Below are positions 1-14,895 of a stretch of DNA of 64,000 nucleotides, in pieces. The position numbers and the translations under genes were made by a program. The notes under the pieces are model-generated. The model was not told the DNA's origin. It did no database searches and saw only the letters and a program-made list of their open reading frames with translations. This stretch comes from Trichoplax sp. H2 (lineage: Eukaryota), in NCBI GenBank assembly GCA_003344405.1, contig NOWV01000278.1, positions 1 to 64,000 of the forward strand, in the 5' to 3' direction. How positions within the stretch are numbered: position 1 is the first letter of the stretch; each line of letters opens with the position of its first letter.

Positions 1-465
1 AATAGGGAATGCAAATCATCTACTTACAATTCGAATCATTGTGATTGTAATTTACTTATGGTAGACTGTAAATTATCATGGAAATGTTCCGTGATAGGAC
101 ATATCGTAATCTGACTATTCTGTATTAGTCATTACATGTCTATATTCGTAAATACTGTTGTCTGCATTAAGGGAGCAGTAGCTAAAATTAATATCTAATT
201 CAGTAAATGATTCCAATGTTAATTGTATTAACTATGACTTATGAACTATTGAGGAGTAGCATATAAATGCAGTATATCGTGAAATAAAATGAATTCTCCA
301 ACTTGGTGTTTAACGTAAAATACGAGGCGTTTAAGTCTTTGTGTAGTCTGCTAGTAGAGCAAAAGTGTTTATGATAGTGCAGATATCGTTACTTGATACG
401 TGGTTCAAGGAATTGACTTATTGATCGTATATTGCGTTATCTTGTTGCAAAGCTGTTTTGTGACA
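1..465 (+). mobile_element. Solo LTR, family C, cut by the window start
   Basis: Reverse complement of the element at 24163-24688 and a diverged relative of 7673-8286. Ends ...agctgttttgTGACA at 465. TATAAA at ~263 and AATAAA at ~283. Confidence 0.8.
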
Positions 466-2916
466 GAGTAGCATTAGCATCCATTTATATTGGAAATTTA
501 GTTAATAAACAAGAAATGGATGTTGTTCTTGCAGAGTGCTGGTAATAACTTCATGATACATATTTCAGCTAATCAGTCTTTTACTATTGATGAATGAAGC
601 TTGTCTTTTGAATAAATTTACGCTGTTTTAGTGTGGTATATTTGTAAAAAATTAAGGATACTCGTTCATTTGGTTTGACGAAACAAGTATATACAGATTA
701 AATTGACTAGTTGCTACTCAGTATCTGATTACAAATTAAGATTAAAATTATGAATAATTCATTTGATAAGGAATGCATAAACTTACCTTGATTAACGTCC
801 ATATTCGATTGAGCTTTCACTTGTTCAAGAGATATATTGATAGTACTGAAGAAATTGTATAATTGGCTGTGCTTACCAAATGAAGCTAATAATGAAAATA
901 ATAACATATTTTAGCCTTTCTCATATTATGAAGTTATAATTGAACGCACATCTGCAACTATTTACTTTTCCAGGCAAATATTCTTTGCAGTCGTTAGACG
1001 AAATAATATAATTTAAAATTTAAAGGCTGCTATATTTCTTACTGTAGTTAATTGTACATAAGTTTTCTCTCAAGCTTTACACAATTTTCAACTACGGTAC
1101 CTTACTTTAATATACTAGCAAGAAACGAAAATTGCTATAGTTTCAATACTACCCTACATAGATAAGTTTTTATTGGTGGAATACTACAGAAGTAGCTTTA
1201 GGACTGTAGTTTTATTTTCCTATTATAACTTCGATTTATATACATATATGTGTATGTTTGTGTTGCGATTTAAGGCTATGTGACTGTTACCAAATTATTT
1301 TTTGATTAAAAGATACGGTTATACAATTCTAAGCTGATAATAAAACTATTCAGACCCAAAATGTACACGTATAAGTAAACTAGATACGCGAAGTACCCTT
1401 GAGAAGAAATGTACCAGTAAATTTTAAATTTAACGCTTATGTTAATTATCTTATTTATTTGTATGGCTTATAGTCTATAACTATGCTAAGTTAAGAAGAC
1501 CGATGTAATATCGTAGTTTTGATTTTATTCTTCTAAATTACGCAATCTCATATTATGTATACCCTTCTTGTATATTTTACGGATAAATTGATTTCAGCTA
1601 TCATAACGTAATTTTCTCTTACTCAGAAATAACTACATATGAATACAGTTGATTTAGTTACAAGTTGTACGTCATGTGTGAGAGAAATAGTCAAGCGCCA
1701 TTTTATGGCATCAAATTTTGGTGAGATAAAGCTTACGTTACTGGATACTCAAAGTAATAGCAATACTAAATGGTGCTGAAATCGTGTTCTAGCTACGTAT
1801 TCAATACTATTAAGACAATAATTACTATAAAAGTAGTTTTACGATTAGCTTTACTGGTAGTCTACTAAAATAATTGGTAGCAAGCTGAGTGTAGTAAAAT
1901 TATAAAAAATATAGCCCTTTCTCAAATATTAATTGTGTTTATTATTAATCATGGGATGCTGAACTTAAGGTTACTAAAATCTGAAATACGTCATTTTAGT
2001 TTATAATCAAAATATAAAATTACTAGGTATACGTCGCAACATGTTGTAAGTTTATGCAAACCTATACTGTAAATATTGCAATTGTTTAATATAATGAAGA
2101 TCTAATTAGAATAAGCTCTACATTTAATTTAGTTACCGACATTACATGGCTGTGCTATTATATGGAGCCTTCAATTTAATCCATTATAAGATCCAGCTCC
2201 ATAAATTTTAAATTTATCTTAATTTTAAATAAAACATACATATATATTATCGCTGAAATTAATGGTAACTTGTAAGCTATTTATAGAATAGCTATCTAAT
2301 CAAGCCTACCAGTAACTATGAATAATGTTTTTTATTATGGTCTAGTAGCATATAATAGATGGTCTTTTATTAAGGAGGATATCTATAAATTTTAAAATAT
2401 AATAGCTGTCAAATTTTATATCACGAACCCTTGTAGTCAAGACGCTCGGATTAAATTTGGCTTTTTTTTCAACTAATATCATTAAAAATCTAGAACTTTA
2501 AAAAAGGGATTCTAAATTTATAAATTCATTTACGGAATTAGCTTAGGACATATTCTGAATCTAGGAAATCCAAATGAACGCAAAGCGGAAATTTTCTCTA
2601 GGAAATTTTGTCTACTTTACAAATTTGTCGGTAGCAATGACCAATTGGTATAGCTGATAACGACCAATTTATGTAGATAAATGACCTTAGTTTGGAGGTT
2701 CATTATATTTGGTACAATTACTGATTGATAACAAGAGAAAAGCAGTATCATTTAGAATATAAACGTAGTATATTTATGTATTTGCTTTGCCTTAAGGATT
2801 ACCGTATCTTTAGAAATTTCTATATAGTAATAATAAGTCAGAGTGTATCCAGAGAGCTACCATTTTTTTTGTTGACAACTTGGCATTTAAGTGAATGATG
2901 ATATTTTCTATGTAAC

Positions 2917-3950
2917 TGTCACGGTACGCCGTTACTGATTAAGTAACTGTTGATTAATGAATGCTTATGAATAGATAAGATAAGGTTATGTGCTATGTTT
3001 AATGCGCTTGTAGCTGATAATAAGATGGTAGAAATGAGATAGAAATAGAAGTTGTTAACAGTTAATTTACTGTAGGTTTATAAGTTGTGTTAATCTCTAA
3101 AAATTGAGCTGTATATGAACGAAGGTTAAGCGTCTTAACACCTGATAGCTTGTAGCTATCTAAGTCTGAGAATATCGACATGTATATTTAGTAATGGTAT
3201 AATAGTAATTAATGTAACTTTTAAAGTATGAATTCTCACTCGTTAATATTGGAATTCACTGTAGAAACCTATTTAAGCACGTGTGTTTNNNNNNNNNNNN
3301 NNNNNNNNATATTTATGTATTTGCTTTGCCTTAAGGATTACCGTATCTTTAGAAATTTCTATATAGTAATAATAAATCAGAGTGTATCCGGAGAGCTACC
3401 TTTTTTTTTGTTGACAACTTGGCATTTAAGTGAATGATGATATTTTCTATATAATTGTAGCTGATAATAAGATGGTAGGAATGAGATAGAAATAGAAGTT
3501 GTTAACAGTTAATTTACTGTAGGTTTATAAGGTGTATTAATCTCTAAAAATTGAGCCGTATATGGACGAAGGTTAGGCGTCTTAACACCTGATAGCTTGT
3601 AGCTATCTAAGTCTGAGAATATCGACATGTATATTTAGTAATGGTATAATAGTAATTAATGTAACTTTTAAAGTATGAATTCTCACTCGTTAATATTGGA
3701 ATTCACTGTAGAAACCTATTTAAGCACGTGTGTTTATAGAATAAAGTTATTAATTGCTCAAGAAACGGCAAGAATCATATCATGAAGAATAGTGTAATAA
3801 TTAGTCAATTGTCTGTGGAGATCAGCCGAGAAATCGAGTTCTCAAATACTTCTCTCATAGAAACTGAAAGTACTGGGAGAAATCGCCCAAGTTTTAAGTA
3901 ACTACACTAGATTTCTTTACTTTCCTTTGCCACAAGTGAGGGTTGTGACA
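2917..3950 (+). mobile_element. Solo LTR, family B (~590 bp once the gap-duplicated part is collapsed)
   Basis: Starts TGTCACGGTAC (2917) and ends GGTTGTGACA (3950). Flanks are gtaac/ataac, a 5-bp TSD with one mismatch across haplotypes. The second copy (3309-3735) lacks the first ~90 bp of the element. Confidence 0.7.
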
Positions 3951-4091
3951 ATAACCTAGTATATTATTGACCAAATCATCATGCCTTGGGCTTTATGAAT
4001 TGATCCTGCATTTTCAATTTCGATCATACAAATCAACTTTAATAAATGGTTTACCGTTTTAATTCCTCTTAAGTTTATCCTTATATCTTGT

Positions 4092-5490
4092 TGTCACGGT
4101 ACCTTTTTGCCGTGATGAGTTAGAAGTGTTATGGTGTTTGTTATAGATAGAAATTGAAGTGTTATGGTGTTTGTTATTGATGGAAATTGATGTGTTATGA
4201 TGTTTGTTAGTAAGGTGTTTTGATGATCAACTGTCCTTAGTTATTTTGTATGTATTCGAATAGGAGGATAGACTAGATAAATATAAATCTTGATGATGTG
4301 CAACCTTTGTGTTAGAGAGTTGTTTATGCTGACACGATTTGTAGTCGTGTTGTAAGATTATTACTGGATAGGAGGTTATGGTTGTGAGATCTCCTACGTG
4401 AGATTAATGTAAATAGTAAATATCTTAGAAAGTATATAAAGGCTAACTATGATGCCATGTGGACGAGGAGAAAGGCATAGAAAAGAATAAACTGTAGTGA
4501 TAGTTATCTGTTCAAAAGCCTGCGCTCAACTACTTGTGTAATCGAGTAACCTAGTGACGGTCAAAGAAGTGTAGTCCCACACCCGAGGAATTAGTGTTCT
4601 AATAGGAAGCGTAGTTCCAGTANNNNNNNNNNNNNNNNNNNNTTCCTTTGCCACAAGTGAGGGTTGTGACAATAACCTAGTATATTATTGACCAAATCAT
4701 CATGCCTTGGGCTTTATGAATTGATCCTGCGTTTTCAATTTCGATCATACAAATCAACTTTAATAAATGGTTTACCGTTTTAATTCCTCTTAAGTTTATT
4801 CTTATATCTTGCATACTGCCTTCTCTTGACAACTGTATATTTTAGTACGTCATTAGTTTATCGTACTCTATATTAGTCATCTTTCTTTTCAATAGATTGC
4901 TACTTTGTGTACACCTGTGCAATCAATACCATTGATAGTTTAAACTATTTTACAACTTAATAAAATTCAGTACTGTATATCAGTAAAAATATTGAATAGA
5001 ATATCTAGTAAAGTCTTAATTGGCTTATACAATTCCTTTCATTGGCTNNNNNNNNNNNNNNNNNNNNCTTGATGATGTGCAACCTTTGTGTTAGAGAGTT
5101 GTTTATGCTGACACGATTTGTAGTCGTGTTGTAAGATTATTACTGGATAGGAGGTTATGGTTGTGAGATCTCCTACGTGAGATTAATGTAAATAGTAAAT
5201 ATCTTAGAAAGTATATAAAGGCTAACTATGATGCCATGTGGACGAGGAGAAAGGCATAGAAAAGAATAAACTGTAGTGATAGTTATCTGTTCAAAAGCCT
5301 GCGCTCAACTACTTGTGTAATCGAGTAACCTAGTGACGGTCAAAGAAGTGTAGTCCCACACCCGAGGAATTAGTGTTCTAATAGGAAGCGTAGTTCCAGT
5401 AGCACTTGTTCAGTGTCGGGATTGTACCGTACTTAGCTAAGTTTTACACGATAAGTAGAGATCCTGTGTCACAAAAACGTGGTTGTGACA
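4092..5490 (+). mobile_element. Solo LTR, family A (~620 bp collapsed), insertion-polymorphic
   Basis: TGTCACGGTAC at 4092 and GGTTGTGACA at 5490, with TSD CTTGT at 4087-4091 and 5491-5495. 4289-4622 is repeated from 5068. The empty site cttatatcttgcatactgcc is at 4801-4820. TATATAAA at ~4433 and AATAAA at ~4486. Confidence 0.85.
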
Positions 5491-7672
5491 CTTGTATACT
5501 GCCTTCTCTTGACAACTGTATATTTTAGTACGTCATTAGTTTATCGTACTCTATATTAGTCATCTTTCTTTTCAATAGATTGCTACTTTGTGTACACCTT
5601 TGCAATCAATACCATTGATAGTTTAAACTATTTTACAAATTAATAAGATTTAGTACTGTATATCAGTAAAAATATTGAATAGAATATCTAGTAAAATCTT
5701 AATTGGCTTATACAATTCCTTTCATTGGCTATAAAATGCTGATTGAGCTACTCAGTCAGTTATCTATCGCCCTTTATGAAAGCTAATTATTGTTCAACCA
5801 ATATTAGGCCTTTATTATAGTTTTATCTGAAATACAACATATTAGATGAATTAATGATTTATACTTTATAAATATATAGTGTATCCAATAATTTATAATT
5901 AAAAGATTGGTCATGATAATAAAATGTAATAGTCCGTAATATTTGCACCTAGTTTATGCACATTTAGCTGCCTATTATCTCCTCGATAGTTATGCCCAAA
6001 ACGAAATTGTTAGCACCCTTTTAGGTGAGATCGTTGGAACTTTTTTAACTTTCTATCAATGATTTAAAATAGATTTACTGTGTTAAGAGTGATGGTATGC
6101 TATCCGATCATGATTGCCTGAATAAATAAAATTGGTTAAAATGACTTTTCATGCTGTAGATATTTCACATTGTTTCTATTATCATATATGTCATCGTTTG
6201 TCTTGGAAATATATCAAGGTTTCAGCTAAAATTCTAATCTGGTAAGCATACTTACAAGTAAAACAATCTAGCTAGGTTTTACTTAGTAATTTAATTTATC
6301 ACATCGTGTTTTATATTAATAAAGAAGTAATGAATAGAGTCGTTATTTTAGAATAGCCTATTTTTAGCGTACTTTTCTTAAGAAAAATGTATAAACAAAA
6401 GTTGTTAACATGAAAGCTAAACTCATTGAATCCTAAAACATAAATCAAAACGCGTTGATGGGCTTCACTAAAAAGGCAGCTTATATCGAGCTCTCAATGT
6501 TGATAAAGTAAATGAAATTATATTGATATTGCAAATGCAATGCTAATACGTTCTTAGATTTAGTCAATTTATATGATTTGGAAAAGCTTTAAAGCGATAT
6601 TTGGAAATAATCTAAATTCATTTAGTTTCGGTAAAAGTAATCGCTTCGTCTGGAAGTTGTGCGTTTAAGCGCATTAAGCAAAAGTAATAATATGAATTAT
6701 TAATAATGAAGTTCGATAAATGTATATTTATAAAATTGACGAGATTTTATCTCATACATTGATTCAAGAGTTGTATATGGCTGGATTTTTTCACAAATAA
6801 GGATGAATTTTTCAATTTAAAACAGAATTAAGGTACTATGATTACTAGTATATCGTACTCGTAAGCGAATAAATTTCGGCGATAACCTAGCCTCTGCAGT
6901 AACTTAATCTAATTTATTGTACAAGATGTAAATGGTGGAAATAATTGAGTTACACTTACTAGCAACAAAAATCACGAATGGATCAGTTACTTGATATCTT
7001 ACAAATATGACACGACTTCTGCAATTGGAAAAGAGATAAAATCAATGTTTAAATACCTCAAAAGCAATTATTCTAGATTAAGGCATTGGTCCATAAAATA
7101 CGTAATTAGACGATATGCGATTTCATTTCCCCTTATTTTCATCTAGCCATGCTGGTACAGTATGCAAACTTGATGGAAGTTCCTATTTCAAGCTTCGTCT
7201 ATAAATAATTGTTCTATAGTATTTGCCTTATAATCCATTCTTAAGTTATTTAATCTCATAGTAGATATAGCTCATATACGTGTATAAATTATGAGTATTG
7301 ACATAAATAAATTAACGGAAGCTAAGTAGATGATGTATATCAATCTATTGATATCGTTAATAACGGCTTTCATTGTCCATTAAAGATGATTTATCGTGTT
7401 TGAAATACTAGCACAGGCATTCAATGAATGATTAGTAGCGCAATATAAATTAAGATTCTATGCTTAATATAATTATACAATAGCTTACTATATTAAATTA
7501 ATCGATAGAAATCTTTAATATATTTTTTTATGGAATCTTGATAAAGAAAATTATCAATTATTCGCAGTGATTGAGCTTATTCAAAATTTGTGCCCTATAA
7601 TAAAAATATTTATATTTAAGCTAAATCTATTTCGCATTAGTGATTTCTTATTGTATACAGAGGGTATATATG

Positions 7673-8286
7673 TGTTACAAAACAGCTTTGCAACAAGATA
7701 ATGAAATGCACAATCAATCAGTCGATTCCCTGAATCTACTCTTTCAAGAACACTTTTCCTATACGAGTAGACTACAAAAAGACTTAGACGCCTCGTATCT
7801 TACGTTAAACACTAATCATATGAACTCACTTTATTGTACGATTTATCGCATTTATATACTCTTTTACAATAGCAAAGACTTTCTACTTAGTAATATTAAC
7901 GTTGAAGCCTGATAAAGAATCTAAAGCTAATTTTATCTACTGCTACCTAATGAAGACAACAGTACATACGAACATAGACATCGAATGACCAACACAAAAT
8001 TTTCAGATTAAAATATGTCCCATCACGGAACATTTCTTCGATAATCTACTATCTACCATAAGTAAGTTTCAATCTCAGTGATTTAAATTCTAAGAAGGTT
8101 ATTCTCGATTCCCTAATTAAGCTTTTAATTTCAGTAGGCTGTATATATCACCATAAAAGCTAGTGCTATATTTAAATATCCCATATCTAAATTAGAAATT
8201 CTTCATATAAGGGTAAATCAACAAAATTATCTTAACATAGATGTTTCTACTATAACCTCGATATTACAATGTATAACGCTGTAACA
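7673..8286 (-). mobile_element. Solo LTR, family C (614 bp)
   Basis: Termini TGTTACA...TGTAACA with a perfect TSD ATATG at 7668-7672 and 8287-8291. Similar to 24163-24688 and to the reverse complement of 1-465. Confidence 0.85.
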
Positions 8287-11200
8287 ATATGTTACCCTGA
8301 ATGTTTTTCAACTACTGATACCAAAATTTTTATATTAAATTATTTTCTTAATCTTCTCATATAACTTTCTAAAATCTTTTTAAAGTATGCTACATAATTC
8401 GTTTTTAAATTTTCAGATCGAAAGAAATTCAAGAGCCGAAACTTATCGATAATAAGGGATCCGATTAATGAATAAACTAAATGATTCTATTCACGACTTA
8501 GTTCCTGGTCTTTTCGTTCTCGATATTATAGTCTAATCTAACTAGGTAACAAAGACTATTAAATTTTTGTTTGTCAAAAGCAAGAGTATTCATTTCTGGA
8601 GTCGATGCTAGCCCTTAGGATCATAAACCTAAGGCTAGTTTCCGCGATATCCATGCATTACAGCTTATTCTATTAAAATAACGATTGGTAAACAATCACA
8701 ACTATTACAGCATGTAATCTATTCCTTATAAGAACCAAATTAGCATCTGTGCTATAGTATCCTAATTAACTGGAATCACAAGTACTTATAGGAATTATAC
8801 CTTCTTGCTTTTTTATATGTGTGTATCTTTACCGTTATCTTGTTCATAAGTAAGTAAATAAGGCTAAATTATCATCTACGCCATACCATCCTGAACAATT
8901 GAAATCACGAGTTTTTATATGGATAATATCTTGCTGCTTCTTGTTTGTTGATATAGATATCGTTATTGCTTTATTCATATTGTTGCTATGATCATAGTTA
9001 TACTGTAATAAAAAATCTAGACAGACCCCTAGTTTGTGCTCTATACGAACTACTGCGTAATTTATTGTTGAGAATTTATGAACACAAACATATTTGCCTT
9101 CCCCTAAGATGTACAGTACTAAAAGAACTCGAAATAAAAGAATTCTGACGGATGATTTCTGCTAATGTAGAGCTTAATTTCGTTAAAATTCAATTTCAAT
9201 TCTTTATCAGCAAAAGTCAATATGGTACTGCAATAAGCTACTAGCTTGTGTTGCATACGAAATATCACGTAATCGAATACTGACTGTTGTTTTAGGTATT
9301 ACAGTTACCTCTATGGTAGGTATACATATATTCACGGCTACAAAAATGAAAGAATTGAGAAAGAATTGCGATCTGAGTGTAATTTCATTTAAGATTAGCA
9401 TTGTAATTATCCTTAATTCAAAATCGATAAGCCTTCTTCGTATACTAGATTATATTATTAATAATTTTAGGATTATAGATGCACTTATAATACTCAGGTA
9501 GTTCAACTATTATAACAATTCTACTATATAACTGCTTACATGATCGTATATATAGTATAATTAATTGTGGAACTAACTCCTTCTTGGGTTACAAAAATAG
9601 TAAATAGATTGGCAAAAAAGTAGAAGTTGGAAAGCTAGTGAAATATTATGTCTTGCTTCCTTCATTGGTCAAGGTAAGCGAAAAATTAAAAATCGTTGCT
9701 TTGCCTTATTCATTGATGCACTTTCATTTTACGACTTAATTATTGTAAAATAAATCACCCAATGTGATTGTAATATACTGCAAAGGCAGATTATAGACTG
9801 CTTATAAAGTTAGAAGCCAATCTCAGCTAATCTGAACTAGCTATACTAATTGGAAAATGTTGTGAATTTTAAAATCTGCAAATTTTATAATAATAAAGAT
9901 ATTAATTTATAAATATTTTTCGGCTTTCCACATCAGGATATCGTCCCATCATCATTATCTACCATTTAGACAATATGAGTAAGGTCGAGTTGTCAACAAA
10001 GAACAGTTATGCGAATTCAAGGATCGAAAACTGGGTCAATTAAGCAAGAATGAACATTGCAAAGACCTATTTTGATCCACACTATAGACTTATTTACTAA
10101 GTAATCTCTTAAATTTACTAGAATTAAGCCATCGGGACTTCAGTAAACTAGGTGCTGGAATTTCCCATTATATCAATATTAAAATGTATAATTAACAATA
10201 ATTTCAGTAGACCTTTGAAAAGCCTTCTATTGTGCTTATAACAATAAAGCTTATGGTGCTGCTGCCGCAGGCTTTATTTTGTAATCTGAAAGGTAAAAAA
10301 TTATAAGAGGAAATTTAAAAACGAATAGGAAGATTTAAGTTCTACCGACTAGGCAATATTACTAATAGGGAATAGAAAAATGAAATCTTTCAATATATTT
10401 AATTATATTTTTACATATTTACCCTAAGATCGCTTAAATAAGATAAGACAGAAATAGTCGATTCTTCAGAATTTATATAACCATTAACAATGATTATGGT
10501 CATATATGGTTCAATTAATCATGGCACGACCTTTTTGAATTGATAAATAATGTTATTAAGTTCTGTATCTATTATCGTGAATAATGAAAGACCGTTTTCT
10601 TACTAATGTTAGCTAGATCGGATCAATTCTATCATTGCCAGAAGTACATTTTTATCATAACTCTACCTGCTTCAGATATTTCTTAATTGAATTTCAACTT
10701 GATATGAGCAGATTTGCGAATTAATACGCTTGGAAATAATTTAATATCAATTAGCAAATGCTTTATCCCAGAACAGCTAATTGCATAAATTTACAGCATA
10801 GCAGACTATTTAGTATCTATTTATCATACATCTAACTTATGATGATGTATGTAATGCAATAAATAGAACCTGAAATGGAGCTTAGTTTCTACAACCTACT
10901 TTGTCTGAAATAGAAATTAAATATTTTTCTAGATCAGTATCTCAAATATATCTTAATTGTTGCTAACTTATTGCCATTAATAGCTAGCATTAAGACATTA
11001 AGTGAAGATTTTAAATTTTTTTTCAAGTGTCAGAAACTTTTACTCACATATTATGCAATATAAGATCAAATTTATTACTGCAAATAGAGCCCTCATCCTG
11101 CTAGCTTGAGAAAATGTGAATTGATGGTTGATAAAGTTCCCCAAATTCATTTATACGGGTAAGCATAGTTATAGATTTCATATCTGAAAAATTTTGCTTT

Positions 11201-14200
11201 CTTAAAGTCTGATAATCGCTAATAAATGTTCTATTTTGGAAGAAAGTAGATTGTGATTGTCTAAAAGCTTTGCTAGGCTATATCTTAGTTAATGTTTGTT
11301 TTCACATTTCTTTAGTATTTAAAACGGTTGCTTTGATCTTGCAATCTCCTCATCGTGGCATAATGTGTTCCAATCCTTAAGGATATTCACCTTTTAATTC
11401 TCAAAATGCTTACAACCAACAAAGCTCACATCCTTGGAAGCTAGAAGAATGGAAATTTTTATCTTCCTAGGCGTAGAAAGAAATCCCTGCAAATATTTTT
11501 TACAAAGTTGCTATCTAAGTTTATCTGAGGAACTATCACTAAATTTTACTATAAGTAAACATTAACAGAAAGGGGAAATAACAGTATCAGGTTTGAATGA
11601 TATTGAGAGGTACCGACAGTTATCCACCATTGAAAAAAATATTTAAGGAGAGAGTTTTCGATGAATTAATTAATACTCCATTCTACACCATACCCATTTA
11701 TATGATGTTGTAATAATTAATTATAATTTTACCTTATTTAGGAGATGATTTCTGCTTAGAAATTTTCCCTTGATGCAAGTTTTGTGCCTCTAATCTAATT
11801 CTGCAAAAGCCTATACTGCTAACTTACACTTTTTTTATATAATTATAACTTTAATCAAATAAAATATATTTTAAAGCATTTGAAAAAGGAGTTGGAGTAA
11901 GCACTTATTATGAGATTGGAAGTAAAATATATGATCTCTGCAGTAAGTTAGCTAATCGGCGGAGAAGTTTAGATGGAAAAATAATTAAAGAAGTTGCAAG
12001 GAATCCATTTTCTCAACAGGTACGGCAGTATGTGTACAATACTAGCAGTGATTAAGATATAACGATTTTGATCCGGAAATAGTTGATTTGCCTTGATTAA
12101 CATGCAAGATATCGTATAGATAAAATATATTTCTAAGGTAATAAAGAAAGCTAAAATATACATTTTTATGAAATTATGCATTATCTAGAGGCTAGAAGTT
12201 ATTTTAAAGCTCTTGAAATCATTTATACAAATTACTTTATAGAAAATGGCAATGAATGAAATTGAGTTTCTGCGATATTTAGATGTATAAAATCTAATTT
12301 GGGGATTCCATGGGCATAGTTTGTTTCTTTTAAGAAAATACTGTTTATGTGCTTAAAAAATCGAGTTTTTGATGTAAATTTAATCAGACAAAAATAGCCA
12401 CTAGACGATATACAGTAATTCAAGATGCTAAGATCGTATACATTTTCAATGTGATATATGAAATAATATAAGGTAGGATCAAAGAGTGATAGAGCTATAT
12501 CAAATCGATGTTTATGTACATCAGCGGACATAATTAGTCGTTCATCCTCCGCTCTTTCTGTTAGCTCATCATAATAGCTATGAGGCATTATACTTTAATT
12601 TAGTGAATTATTCAAGTCTTCATTCGAAAAGAACAGTAGAAACAAAATTATATGCGTGCGTCTTTTAGTATTATTGCGGCTATTCTTGGAGATGACAGTT
12701 TACTCTATTGTAATATCGAAAAATTTTATATTTTTCAACATGAACAATCTTTCATATTGTGGCAGTTACAAGGCTATCTTAATATTATTAATTTCAGTTA
12801 ATGAATTGCAATATTTGGTGTTTTTCTGATGTACATGAAATAATACAATAATTTCCGGAAGATGATATTCACTTTGTGGCATGTTTAAAATAGATCTTAT
12901 AGAACGTAATCTTAGAGGATTAAGGTAGTGAAATATTTAAAATTGGGAAAGCCCCATTAATATCTGTAGTCTATATAGCAACCTAAACTATGTATACTAC
13001 AATTATAATATAATTGTCCACATTAATACAAATTACAAAGAGTCAAAATATTTCTAAAATTATAGATTTTTTACTAAAAATAGTTATTGAGCATCAACAT
13101 TCGTTTCCTAATTCAGATATAATGTCTGATTATTGATATAGCGCTCCTGTAAAATCCAAAACTTTTCGTTATTTTATAATGGCTTGAAAATATATAGAGT
13201 CCTTTTATCAATTTAAATTACATCATAAAGTCCTTCGTAAAGGCTAATTAAACAATAAATAATGCATGCCATCATATCTAATGCTGCAATTATTGGAACA
13301 AAGCATGTATTAAATAGTTTTTTAAATTAATCAGATTTTGCAGACCATTAAATTGAAAACGTTGTAATTTACTTCGCTTTAAAAATCGAATAGTTATACT
13401 AAGATAACTTTGATCTTTCATCCTCAATCCTATATGTCACTTATGGACTATATTACAGTTATGAACTACATTACAGTTATACCCCGTACGCGATCTTTGT
13501 AATTGTAGGTCTTACTAATGCAAATGAGCAAAATGTTGATTCGATTGATATTAGAAAGCTGTTATAAAAACTGTAATTGCGATTGATGGCCAACAAAACT
13601 CCAAGTAACTAATTTTCTGACCATGTCTCTAAATAAATATTTGATGAAATATTATTTTGTTTATTAGCAGAATTTTAGTCTTGGATTTAAAAATAATAAC
13701 ATGCTTTATAATAAATTGGTGTTTTAAAGCATATTTTTAAGATAATAATTCAAATTTTTTTCATTTACAGTAGTTCTATGTTTTTTAATATAATTCATTG
13801 AATGCAGCAGACTCAGTTACGATTATAAATATATAGACTTGTATGTAAGTATATACTGGTAAAAGCAGTTCTGCTTTTAATTACCGAAAGCTTGTGTCAG
13901 TGCTAGTAGATGCTGGTAACAGCAAGACGTAAATAGATCACGAAAATATGCTGATGATACAATTTCTTTCAATTGACAGTGATAAGTTTCAAATTGTTGA
14001 TCATTGTCAAATAGCTAATGGCTGAAATAAGGACACTAAAAGTATCCAGAATCAACCCACAAATGGGGAAATTGTTATTTACACTCCCAGTTCATGCTGA
14101 ATCTGTATTGCTAGTTTTAATACAGATACAAATACGCCCGTATATAAGCTGATTTCTAACTTCCAATAAAAGACAGGTAATTGTTAGAGTTTTACTGTTA

Positions 14201-14344
14201 CTTCAATTGCAAACATATATCCTATTTATATGAATATCAAAATAATGGGACAGCATATCGCTACTGTATGTATTATAATTCTTTAAAGTAGCTACAGCGA
14301 TTTAATTTATAAGAATCTTTTCCTAGTTTTTATGTCTGCATTCC

Positions 14345-14895
14345 TGTGATATATACAAATCACGAAATTCCAAACTTTAGAAAAATAAGGGCTTTATTGA
14401 ATCTTATGCTAAGATTAACTACACACAGCTCTACTCTAGCCGAATACTACTACTAAAGACTTCTACAACGAACTAACAGAATAATCTAAAGTTGCATGCT
14501 TTATACTTTTCGTAGCATTCGCAGCTACAATCCGTATGGCAACCTTTTACCTTATATTACACTTAGTTAAATTATTCTTAGTAAGACTATTCTACTGCGG
14601 ACCATCATTAATCCGATATGGATACGACTACAGAACTTACGTAGACATTATTCACACCAGCCAAAGTACAATGAATTAACTATATCCTAATATATGATTT
14701 ACAGTTCTATTTTTACCTATAGCCTTATTAGTAACTCAACCCCTTTCTGTATATAGTCATGTGTACTCTAGCATAAAGTCTATACCACTACAGTCTATAG
14801 TTATGGCTACCAAATATCTCTTAGGATAAAAAATCTACCGTACATTATACTAAACATGGCTAACAGTCTACAATCACAATACTAGTTACATTACG
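14345..14895 (-). mobile_element. Solo LTR, family D
   Basis: Starts TGTGAT and ends ATTACG (degenerate ATCACA). TSD ATTCC at 14340-14344 and 14896-14900. Inverted near-copy of 49735-50269. Confidence 0.85.

Noticed and set aside
2770..5730. Gap-flanking duplicates read as true tandem repeats or as a full-length retrotransposon
   Set aside because: The copies abut 20-N gaps, include the flanking DNA and differ by allele-like SNPs and indels. No internal coding region is present.
7640..7912. 90-aa ORF
   Set aside because: Lies across the solo LTR boundary and has no gag/pol motifs.
12232..12588. 118-aa minus-strand ORF
   Set aside because: No recognisable domain or splice context, and consistent with chance in AT-rich DNA.
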